From Phoronis australis (taxonomy: Eukaryota; Animalia; Phoronida): a stretch of 64,000 nucleotides of DNA. This document shows positions 13,201-25,200 of the stretch, in pieces. Position 1 is the stretch's first letter, and each line of letters begins with the position of its first letter. The translations under genes were made by a program, and so were the position numbers. A model generated the notes under the pieces. The model was not told where the DNA came from. It was given only the letters and a program-made list of their open reading frames with translations, and did no database searches. Location: the NCBI GenBank assembly GCA_002633005.1, contig NMRA01000578.1, positions 7,298-71,297 of the forward strand, given 5' to 3'.

Positions 13201-16200
13201 TGCGGGTTAATATTTCTTTCATTACAGAATGAATCTCTTGATTCTGTCAAAATTTTGCCACGATCACACTTTTTATGCTCCCATGTATACATATGATGGT
13301 ACACATTGATCTCGCCTTTGTCCGGGGTATGCTCTGTGCGGCCTCCAGCGTCCATAGCCCCCTCCCAGGATGACGATCAAAGTGTCACTTGGCAGGTGTG
13401 CTCCAGTGACCTTGATGCTAAATGAGAATGACGTCCAGACTAAGTCGGCTGCATGCTGCTGTTTAACATAGTGGCAATTTTGATTTGTTTGCATTCGATG
13501 TCATATCCATCGAGACCCTCAATGGATCATGACAGAAACTTAGCAGTCATGTTCATATTAAATAAATTGTTAATTTTTGAACTACTACAACATATTTTGC
13601 ACCCCCTGATTGCGAAAACTTTGAAAAATATTTGTAAAATTTGACTGGTTTGTTCCATGTGAGGAGTTGCCAGTATTGATTTTTGGACAAATTTCGGACA
13701 GACTCTATTGTTGCAGTGCACTCTTGTAGCAATTTTAACTTTTAGCTGCCAACTCCGTTCATTCATTTGGTAAAACTTGACGGATCTTATTCTAAAAAGA
13801 AGATGCTGCCTGGCTATTTTTGCATAGCTCTCCTTAGTGACAATTGTTTGATCTTTGACATCCACCTTTCTCTCTGTGGTTTGAAGGATCTCTGAAATTA
13901 CAAAATGCATTCCTCTTGACATAAACCTGGCTGAGGTTTCATTACTGTCATGCCCCCTAGCGGCAGTTTTATTAAGTTAGTATTCACTTTTGGTATGCTC
14001 CTCACTAGTTGTATAACCTATTGAATTGTTGCAAATGAGTTTCTGTTGGGGAGAATTTGAGTGATGCCTGTTATCAGAAGTACATTCTGTAGACAACTTA
14101 ATGTTTCCCTGTGTTGCTCACTCTAGTGCAATCCATGGAAGTATTTGAAAAAATCAGCACTCTTCATAGCTTTGCAGTTTACAATAAGTGGTCTTAGCTG
14201 TCGCTAAAATGACACCAATTTAGGACATAATACTGTTCAAGTGAAATTTTAGCAGGTTTTTTTTAATGTTTAGCGCTACATATTATGCCTTTGTTGTTTT
14301 TGTGTTCCATACCAATGCTGCCTGGGGAAATTGGTTTGACAAATTGTGGACATTCGCAACAATTTTTGAAGCCTTTGAAAAATGAACCAGAATATCAATT
14401 GTGATATTGTCTGGAATTTGTGAGATTTTATTAAATTCGAAAGTTTAGATTTTTTAAATTGAAAAATGAAGAAATCTGTTACTTTTGGGTTATGGTTATA
14501 AGATATCTTTCTGTGGGTATTTTAGGCTTTGGACCACGACTTGGCTGCTCAGATGAACAAGGAAGAGTACGAGACAGCTGGCCAGCTGATAGAGTGTGGC
14601 TGTTGTTATGGCGAGGTCTCCTTCGAACAGATGGTTCAATGTTCCGATGGACATCTATTCTGTCAAGACTGTTTGCGCCACTACGCTCAAGAGTCTGTGT
14701 TCGGGCAGGGCAAGGTGAGAGTAGCGCATGGCTGCAAGTACATTTATTTTTTCAAATCGGGGAAATGTCGTGGCAGAGGTTTTTTCAAATGAGTCACCAG
14801 GATTTCTTTTAGTTTTTTACATGAACAAGTAAGGCAAACAAATTATACAAAAATTCATTGACTTTTGAAAAACACTTCATGTATATGGTGACTGCTGGGG
14901 TGATTTATGCAGTTCAGATGGTCAGTTTTCTATGTAGCGGTGACATCATGATGTTAGCATTATCATTAGGTGGCGCTGTATTCTTTATTACCTGCTTTGA
15001 CTCGTATCAGCATTGAGTTTGAATTTGGCCATGAAGAGTTTGGCTTTTCTTGCGTTGAGTTTTGAAAACCTATGCAACGAGTTTGACATATTGGGAGTAT
15101 TAGTCATTTCTTAAGCAATAAGACATTTTGGATTTTTGGTACCAGTTGAATGCATTTATACCAAGACTTAAGGCACAAACTCCCCACAGTATGGATTTGG
15201 ATTTTCAAATAGTTACTTATACATGAATTTTGTAATTCCATAAAAGTTTGAGGGGAGTACTGTAGCGATAGAATAGTTGGGAGACTACATTCTGTAATCT
15301 TGAGTGGTGAATAATGCAGTGTTTTTAATAAATTCGTTGCAACCATCACGTCGCATTTGTGAATTTACCACTTTTGTGTGGCCGACTATTCAACAATTCA
15401 CACAAAAATCTGAACATCTCGCTGCCCATGATGAATGAAACAGATTGCTTTTCCTTTCTGTTAACTCGGCCATCTTGAACACCTTAATGATCTTGGAACG
15501 CTAAAATGTTATGTCGATAGTTTCCTATTCCAGTAACATTTGTGGACACTAAGCATCAGTTAGCAACTTCATCTGGTGTGTGGTCCGTTATTCAACATAT
15601 TTCTATTCGACTGACAGTCATTGGTTTCCTCTCGTAAACTGGCTGATATTCAGACCCATCAGCACGATACTACAGTTACTACAGCTGCTGTGGTGTTGAT
15701 GCATGTGCAGTGGTCACAATGCCATTTTGGTCACTATCCCAGTGCTTATTTTCTGACAAGCTGGTGCAATTGGAAGTGTCAGAGGCTCGTTTTCATGGCT
15801 TGCGTATAGTGTAAATACCTGTCGATTAGTTTTTGCGATCTTCGGCAAATTTTATTCATTGTAGTCGGTCAAAATGTTACCTACAAGTAAAGTGCTTAGC
15901 AGAATATTTTGCAATATTTGTCGATTTTCAATGATTTAGTGCATTTTAGCTTGCTCCATGGAAAACTTTTGGCTTTTCTTATACTCGAAAGGAGGTGCTT
16001 TGAAAACGGAATAATCGAAATAAGATGATTTAGCATACACTGTCTTGTTGTGAAGTAGTGAATTGTTGTGAATGCTTATCAGTCATTCACATGCCTCTGA
16101 TTTGACTAGTTTGTGTGTCTCATTACAGGCCAAGTTGTCTTGCATGACTGATGGTTGTGATTCTGTGTTTCCTCTTAGTAAGTAGCTCGTATTTTGTATT

Positions 16201-19200
16201 TGCTATGCCCTCATTTTTTCTTCTTTACACTGCACACTTGAAGTTGAGCATTCAGAAGTGGATCTCATTCATCCCCTTTCAAACATTCATTCACTCACTT
16301 GTAATACCGAGCTCAGAGGAGTAGGGGACACTTTGTGCAGTGCTCGGTTGTCAGCCAGTAAAGCCAGAACTCGAACCCGCGTCTCCCAAATGGTAGTCCG
16401 GAGCTCAAACCACTGCGCCACACTGTCTCCTGTTTAATTACGGTATAAACAACAAATACAAACGTCTACATCAGAAAGTACGGTATGCGATTAAGCACAA
16501 AACATGGCACAGTACAGGTCGACAAACATGTTGTTCATCGAGTTACGCCCAGATGGTTTCGTAATCCAGCTTCTCACTCCCAGGTTTTCTTGTTGGCACC
16601 TGTTCTACAAATAGTGACCTGTACCAGTAATTTCTTCTGTTAACAGGATAAGCCGTCATGAAGGGAAAACAGTATGTTTATTTTTGTCTTGTACTTTATT
16701 TGTTACTCCGACTCTTTCTCAGGTCAACTGGAGGTGGCTCTGCCTGCTAACGTGTTAGAGAAGTACCATGACCGTTGTCGAGAGGAAGCCATTAATCTTG
16801 CTGATTTGGAGAATCTTGTACGGTAAGTGGCCTTTCTCCTTGGGCACAAGTTGCTGCGTAACCCATGAGTGGCAGCGTCTGAAGCAGACTGACCGACTTC
16901 TTGATTCAGATGCACACTGTTGAAATTGTCATTTTTTTGTTTTTCAAAGACTGGTCATTTTGCTGCAAACAGTGGAAACTTTTCAAATGTTGTTTTATGA
17001 CATCAGATCGGGGCAAATTAAGCCAATAATAGTCTTGAAGTAAATTTTGTTGAGATATTTCACAAAATAAATTTTCACTGTCATTGCATGATCAACAGAT
17101 GAAGATTTGTGGTATAATATTGGATAATTCAGGAAGAGGTTTATACAGATGACACGGTACTGGTAGTAATTACAAAATAGGCCAAATTCGTACCAGAAAT
17201 GTCCTGGTTAACTTGGTCATGTTAGGACTGTTGATCACTGCTTTACCCATCAGGGATTCATCACGGTCAAGTAAAATAACTATCAACGTGGTGTTAATGG
17301 ATAATGATAGCGCATAGAAGCAGCATAGTGAAGGCAATATAACGTTAAGAAAGAAACTTCGTCATAAGACCATTCTCTTCTTAATATTGAGCTGGTTTCA
17401 AAGGTAGCATTGATCTTGTTGGGTGTTAGTATTTCTTAGGTTGTTATTTCTTGATGCCAGTATTACTTACATTGAAATGCTGTTAACATTTCATGCTAGG
17501 TTACCTTATTACACTCATTGATTGGACAAGGTTCACCACAGATTGTGTATCAAGTAATGACTGCCATCACACAGCTGTGGCAGAAATATCAGGATTATTC
17601 GTTTGCTGTAGTAGTCTCCTAGTTTTCTTTCTCCGGAACAATTCCAGTGTAGCGTATTTCACTGCAGGTGTACCAAATCCGTACACTAACGGGTTGATCA
17701 GTGACGTGAAAAACCCAACAAATATAAACAATGTCTCTATACTCGCCAAACGATCATCTAACTGAATCTCGTCTGACCTAAACCAGTCGCAGTATGCCGC
17801 GTTGACCAGCATTAGTGGTAGCCATCCTGCCGCCGATGTGAAAATCAGCAGTGCCAGTACTACAATGGCTCTAACATTTACGTGGGGCACGCCTGACTTA
17901 GCTAATGTAACNATTTCTTAGCTTGTTATTTCTTGATGCCAGTATTACTTACATTGAAATGCTGTTAACATTTCATGCTAGGTTACCTTATTACACTCAT
18001 TGATTGGACAAGGTTCACCACAGATTGTGTATCAAGTAATGACTGCCATCACAAAGCTGTGGCAGAAATATCAGGATTATTCGTTTGCTGTAGTACTCTC
18101 CTAGTTTTCTTTCTCCGGAACAATTCCAGTGTAGCGTATTTCACTGCAGGTGTACCAAATCCGTACACTAACGGGTTGATCAGTGACGTGAAAAACCCAA
18201 CAAATATAAACAATGTCTCTATACTCGCCAAACGATCATCTAACTGAATCTCGTCTGACCTAAACCAGTCGCAGTATGCCGCGTTGACCAGCATTAGTGG
18301 TAGCCATCCTGCCGCCGATGTGAAAATCAGCAGTGCCAGTACTACAATGGCTCTAACATTTACGTGGGGCACGCCTGACTTAGCTAATGTAACTGACCTC
18401 ATCCGGTCAATTTTTTTCTTATGCTGCCAAGCTACATAGGCGATGATAGAAAAACATGTGATTTGCAAAACTATAAGGCAGAAATGTATAACGATGGACC
18501 CTAGAAGACGGTAAGGCATCTCTATGTGTGTAGGAAAACATGTTAGATTTTCTGCTTTTATGATGCCCATTGAAAATTTGTTCCACCCAAAAAGTGGTGA
18601 GAAGTTCCACAGTAACATAACTATGGTTGTTGTTAGCAGGATAATGTTAGCTCTGAATCTTGTCACCATGGTGCGGTATCGTAACGGTTTAGTGATGGAC
18701 AGGCATCTATCGACAGCTAGCAATGATAGCATTACTAATGTCTCTGAGCCTATTAGGTACGAAACACCTAGAATTGCAAGACAGAGGTGCGGATACTCTC
18801 TGAAGTCCATGAGATCCATTATTTGTGTCAGTGGAAAAGCAAACAATCCAACACACAAGTCGGCTATCCCGAGACCAAATACGTATGTGTTAGGGACGGT
18901 GTGCAGTGATTTAGTCCTGCCAATCACAGCGATTAATATTCCATTTGTGATAACTACGGCAACGGCGAGAGTGCTGAAGGTACAGGTGATCCACGTAGGA
19001 TGTGAATTGAAGTTGGCGACCGTCGTATTCATTTCAGAGAACCTTTGATTGGTTTCATGCATCCTACAATAAGGAAAGTTTAACAAAATTTAACAGTGGT
19101 CTGTTTCATGAAACACGATTCAGGATTTAGAAAACAATACGGTATTACCCTCCCCCTTTACATTTAGTGAAAGTTTAGCCAAGGCATGTAATTACTAAAA

Positions 19201-22200
19201 TTTTACAACCCACAGACAAATTTGTCAGTAACTAGGAATTAATGCCATATTCACAGAGACTTTGTATTTTGTGCTAAAGTGTGTTTTCAATATTTTTCAG
19301 AAATAACTGTGGAGCGTAAGATCAAATTTCTGACTTGAGATGTATGTCGTTTTTTATGAAGCAAACCCTTGGATGTGTTTTTGAACAATTTATAATTGAG
19401 TCCGAAATATTCTGCATCAAATAATTATTACGTATCTTACTTCAGTTGTCAAGTACATGTAGGTTACCAGTCCTTTCTATCATGCATGCTAAATTACTAT
19501 GTGACTGCGTCATGACAGCAATGGCCTGTGATCATGACTTGTCATTTTATCCACATAGTCGTCATGATGAGGAAGTTAGTCTCGGGTACAGTCGCCATGA
19601 CGTGTCATTTTGTGAGGTGATATGTATTGTACATTAAGCAGAAGCAGTTATGTTTCCCTTATATCGATGGTCTATGGTGTGTTTACAACATTGCACAGTA
19701 AAAATATTCACAATTAAACCTACCTCATCAATAACCTGTACAATTATTTCGGCTTCTTTTTAATCGGTTGTCCACGAGCTTTCAACTAAATGTTTTCACT
19801 TTGTTCCAACTGGAAGCCAAACTCCAAATAAGCCACATCTAAGGATGCAATTATGTGATGGTAGATTAATTGGAAATTCAGTGATTTGTTTATACACGTA
19901 AACTTGTGAGTATTCCCCTGAGAGACCTCACACTTGTTTTTTTATAGTATATATTCTGCAGGCTTCATGTAGGATTTCAAAAGTAGGACATCCGAATTGG
20001 GTTTCCCAATTCCTCGGGACCACCACGACCATGGTATGTTACTGTGGAGGTCTGCAATAAAGCTTATTGTAACTTTCATTATCAAAACTTTTTTGTGGAC
20101 AGGCCAATGAGCTCCTGGTGCCGTGTTAGCTAGTTGTAAGTAGTGCTGCCCTTTTTAGTAAGTATTTTTTCTTCAACCGGTGTGTATTTGCCAAAACCTT
20201 TGAAGGATCTTCATGAAATTTGGCAGCTGTGTGTAGGTCATGTCAATTTTCATTCAAATCCAACAGTCACCAGGTGGCGAGATTGGGTCGTGCATGAGTC
20301 GGCTCGCCAAGGACTGTGAAACAACATATTAACTTGTAAATCAAATTAACAACATTTTGTGGGTCCTCTCAAAAATAGTTTGGTAAATTAACCCTTTTAC
20401 ATATTGTTGTGGGACTGAGGCACTATTATCAAAAGCATAAATGGTCAAATAGTAATTGTTTTTTCATGCCTGAAATTACAAGAAAATGCTAAGCCTTGTT
20501 TTAACTTTTTTCATCAGTGGTAACATGTGGAGATAACTCTGGCCAGACACTACTCAGTAGTGTTGCACCTCCTAGTGATGATTTTATTTTTTATGTTGAC
20601 CTCTATCAGATCTTGAAACTTGTGTTAGCATAAATGTTTGTATCGTGGACAGTATGGTATCTTCCAATCACTAGATGATCCCAAGTTTAGATCAGTAGTA
20701 TAATTATTCAGGAAAGGGTGGCATCCGCAAATTTTCACGTCACTTGTGTTGTGCTCCCTAGTGGCAATTTCAATTTGATAGCGGATAACACTAAATTTTT
20801 CCCTTGGATTTCTACCAACGTGTAACTTCCAAGTTCTTATTTTCGTTGTTGTAAATGACTTTTTATGGTTGTCTATGTAATAGTATTCTAGATTTCTATT
20901 ACCTGAAATTAATGTGTGGCTTGCCTTCTGGAATATACTGAATGTGGATACCTAATGTGTTGCTCTTGGAGTGTGTACGTTGTGCTTTGTTTTTATTGGT
21001 CACTCTGCCCATTATATCTCGGGGTTTTGCTGTTGATCTTGTGTATGCATATTATAAGTTTTCATTAAATAGTTTTGTGTGGATTGTGATGAAGTTTGTA
21101 GAGAGGTTTCAACTTATTGTGTTTAATCCAGATACAATTACTTAATTGTCTTTTACCATTAGTGTCCATTTAGTCATTTTGAGTAATTAAGAACCTATTA
21201 TCCATTCCTGTGGGAAACTACTCAACGGAAATATTTGTTGTCGAGTCTCAATGGGTGCATCTTCGTTTTCTGTTTTACTCAGCCATTGTGTTAGCTTCAG
21301 TATGTGTAAAAGTGCCATTGGTCGGTGTTGTCCAGGCATGTCAGAGTTTGATAAGGTGCTTTCCAAATTAATTCTTGGGAATGATTTTGAATTAAACGGT
21401 CCTACCTGACTTTCAAGTTTGGCTCAAACTCACAAATTAATGTGGTTTAAAACATATAATCAACCATGTCAAGTGAAGTTGTTGATGTAATTATACAAAC
21501 TTTTGAAGAGCATCTGCACGTCTCAGTCCTTGTCCGCCCATGTATGGCTATCGTATTTTCATCATATGTAAGGAGGAGGTATTTTCCAAGTGCACTGCAC
21601 AGTATTTATGAGCTCGGTGACAAATGGAGATGGACTTGAAAACAACAGAAAGCTACTCAGAAGTACAAAACATGCATTTACTATCAAACAATATAAGGCT
21701 TGTTAGCCAGCAAAACAAAAATGAGTGAGTTTGCCGCAAGTGACTTTAGCAACCTCTTTTTTTTAAATTACGTGAACTATTAACTTCAAAATAGGTCATG
21801 CTTTTCGTACTAAGTGACGCTGTCAGCAATATAAGTTTTGTTTCAATTGTTTCTGCATTGTCTAAAATTACCATAAGTCTAACCAAACTGAGAGGCAGAC
21901 TCCGTGGATTAGGCAATTAGGATAGTCAAGAAAATAATCTGCTGGGTCTAAAGCTTTGAATTTGCTATGCTTGGTTAATCAGAATAATTGAAGTCCATTT
22001 TTTTAATGTTCCAACTTGAGTACAGTCCTGAATTCCTTTTCGCATCACGCTTAAAATTCTTGTGGCCACTAAAGAATGTCATTCCACTGTTGTAACTCCC
22101 TTGTGATAGAATCCTTGTAGAGAATGAATTCTGAATTAAACCAATCATACTTATGATTGGAAAACCATGCATTAGTTATTGCAAAATCGGTAAACTTAAG

Positions 22201-25200
22201 TTCGTAATCTTGAAACCGATTTGCATAGTGTGTAATCGGTTGACATGTCCTACTAACCCAATATTCCGAGATATACAACATGCTGTAAACATCCCCTTTA
22301 AACTTTAAAGGAGATAAGGATTAAATTGCAGATATTTTTGAATTTCTGCAGTTATGTCGTATGGTCAGCCCCCACATTCCAGTCTCATTAGCGGGGTTGT
22401 CATTGGTAGAGTTAATATTCACTAGGTCATGTAGTGAGGGTAATTACTGTTTCTTATCAGATCACAAATAGAAGGCTTGAAAGTGTACAGGCCCTATTTT
22501 TACATTTTCTTTTGGAGACATGAAAACCGATGGAAACTTTGAATAGAGGAGTAAAAGTTAAGACTACGTGCTCTTGAATTTTCAAACTTGGTTTAAGTAA
22601 TAATTATTTTGGAAAGTAGTTTCCAGTGTGGCTTATCAGATAATTATACACATCACAATAATAGAAACTGTGCCTGGAAGAATGTGGATACCCAACACCC
22701 CCTCCCCTTTCCTGTCGTTTTGCTGAAGGATTCTCCTTTAAAGGCATGTTTACGACATGACTTCTAGTCAGTGGTAGGTTAAATGTATATAAACAGTAAA
22801 ATCATTAATTGGCACTCAACTGAGCATCACAACACGAAGTAAATGGTTGGCAAAAATAATCAGATCTTGTCATGTTCCGAACATCCATTTTCAATTTACG
22901 CTGACTACATTAGCCTTTAAAATAAAGGATTTTACAGCATGCTATATAATATTCACAGTCACGCTTTGTTTAGTCTAATTATCAAGAATCTTCCCACTTT
23001 CTGTATGCCTCCAGGTGTCCAGGATGTGATTTTGCTGCCATTTTGGATGATGGTATCAAGGTATTCAGTTGTCTGAACTGTAACAAAGAGACATGTCGTT
23101 ACTGCCAGGTTGACTGGGCGGAACATTTTGGCATCCCATGCAATGAGATGGAGAAGAAAGATGAGACAAAACTCAGGCTCACTTTGTAAGTTGGGGCTAG
23201 TTTGAAAACCTACTCTGTCATTAAACAGAGGGGAAACGATTAGGGATCTGTTTATGAAAAGTGACGCAAGACAAGACAGAAATTTGAGTGGTCTTATGCT
23301 CTCTCTTCACAATTTCCAAATAAGGGTTTGGTCAAGTAAGTCATTAACACATCGGTCACTGCCTGGAAATAATTTCTACAAATTTTCTTATTAAGTAGCA
23401 GTTATATGACTGACAGGGTATTCTATAGTTACTTTCTATTTTGCTGAAGTGTTCTAATTATTTTTCATAAATAGTAATCTGGAGAGTGATACCAAATTTC
23501 TGTCTAAGTCTCCTAAGTCACTCTTCTTGAAACAGACCCCAGCTTAACTTGAGCAGACTTTGTAAGTTGGGGTCAGTTTGAGTACCTACACCATCATTTT
23601 GATAAAACCAGTGAGGGGATGGGGAAAGGATGGAGCTGTTAGTCAAGCTCACTTTGTAAGCTGAACGAACTTGGGAATCCTCAGTGGTAGAGTTGTAGTA
23701 TGTTGATATGACTGAGTAAGCAGCTTTTGGCACACATAGAAGTCCTGTGTTGTATACCACATGTCCAATGATGCCGTTTCAGTGAGGAGAAGATGACGGA
23801 GGCGCGCATCAGAAAATGCCACAAGTGTAAGACGAGCTTCACTAAGATTGACGGCTGTAACAAGATGACATGTCGATGTGGTGCCAAGATGTGCTATATT
23901 TGTAGAGCAGCTATTGTAAGTATTGAGGTTGCTATATTGCAGTGCGAGTTCATGATCTCTCTAATTTGCTTGACGTCAGGTGCATTGTTCAACAATAACA
24001 ATTTGGCATGTGATAATGCGACGCCATTGTTGCTATGCAGTGTATAACTTTTATGCAAGTGGGTCCAGCTATTGTAAGTGTTTCGTTTGCATTGTAATGA
24101 CATGTCGATGTGGGTCCAATATGTGCTATAATTGTAGAATCGCTATCGTAAGTGTCAGGGTTCCATTATTGTGACTTGTCGATCTGAGGCCAAGATGTGT
24201 TCTAGTTGTAGAAAAAGCTGACAGATAATTATGTAAAGCTTACAATAGGATGACGTGTTCGTGTATTGCCAGCATAGGCTATATTTGTTAAGCAGCATTT
24301 ATGGTGTTAAGCTTGTGAACAAGTTGACATGTCAGTGTCTTTTTGAAATTTGTTCTATTTGAGGAGCAACCAAATTTTACATTAAGATTATGTAAGACTT
24401 CATTGACAAGTCTGTACATTTACACAAATATTTACAAACCTTTGTATTTTAGATCGGCAGTAGCATGTATTTTCTGAAAGTAGTAATTCTGTAGAATTTG
24501 ATTTTTGATTTTTTAAAAGTCGGACACTTTGGTCATGTGGCTTCGGTTTGTGGGGAAAAATTAGCAAAAAAGAAAGGTACATTAATTTTGTAGCAAAACA
24601 ACAGGATCAATAACGTGGCCAAATTTTGTATGGTATAAATGTTCAAGATAAAATATCAAAAGACATTGGACAGTTTTCTAAATTATCGTTTCGTTTTTGT
24701 TAAATGCAATTTTACTTTATTTTATTTCCATTAAAATCACAGAAGCGCTCTTCTTTGATAGCCCCTCTAGCAAAAGTGGAATATTTTAAAAACAACTTGT
24801 AAAGCATGGTCTCTGAAAGTTTCATGTGAATCCCAACAGCCATATCTGAGATTCAATGCTCCAAAGTTGGCCAAAATTGTACATTTTTAGCGTCATTAAA
24901 AGGAAGTGAAGGCAAATGTATACTTAAGAGATGAATATTTTATGTAAACCCAAATGTGAGTGTTCAGCTCAGGCCTGTCCGGAAAAGTGCTGTACGTTGG
25001 CCCTTCGAACAGTGTAATTTTCATAAGTTTTTAGATAATGACTCTTTAACACTGGTTTATAATCTTGATGGAAACTCACACATGGTTGGCGAGAAAACTC
25101 TATATTTAATAATAAAAGAAACTTTTTCAATCTTGTTGCATAAGTCTTTTTTGAGGATACTTGTCACATTCCAGCTAATTGTTGCACCAGTTTGTATTCT

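Noticed and set aside
16330-16409. Possible tRNA gene (also 8745-8823)
   Set aside because: A/B boxes are present but the cloverleaf is incomplete and the sequence continues into SINE-like body.
17567-17890. Second, truncated GPCR ORF (TM6-TM7 only)
   Set aside because: Lies wholly within the N-flanked overlap duplication; most likely an assembly artefact.
17980-18051. Open frame continuing after the GPCR TGA (read-through or selenocysteine?)
   Set aside because: Context TGA-TGG is not a read-through motif, no SECIS was seen, and 22 open codons is expected by chance.
19530-19620. C/D snoRNA candidate (ATGATGA at ~19564)
   Set aside because: No matching CTGA D box or terminal stem; similar sequence recurs at ~39910, suggesting a repeat.
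21400-22300. Coding-like decayed sequence on the minus strand (similarly 60100-60930)
   Set aside because: Multiple stops and no motif I can recognise; possibly old transposon debris, needs BLASTX.
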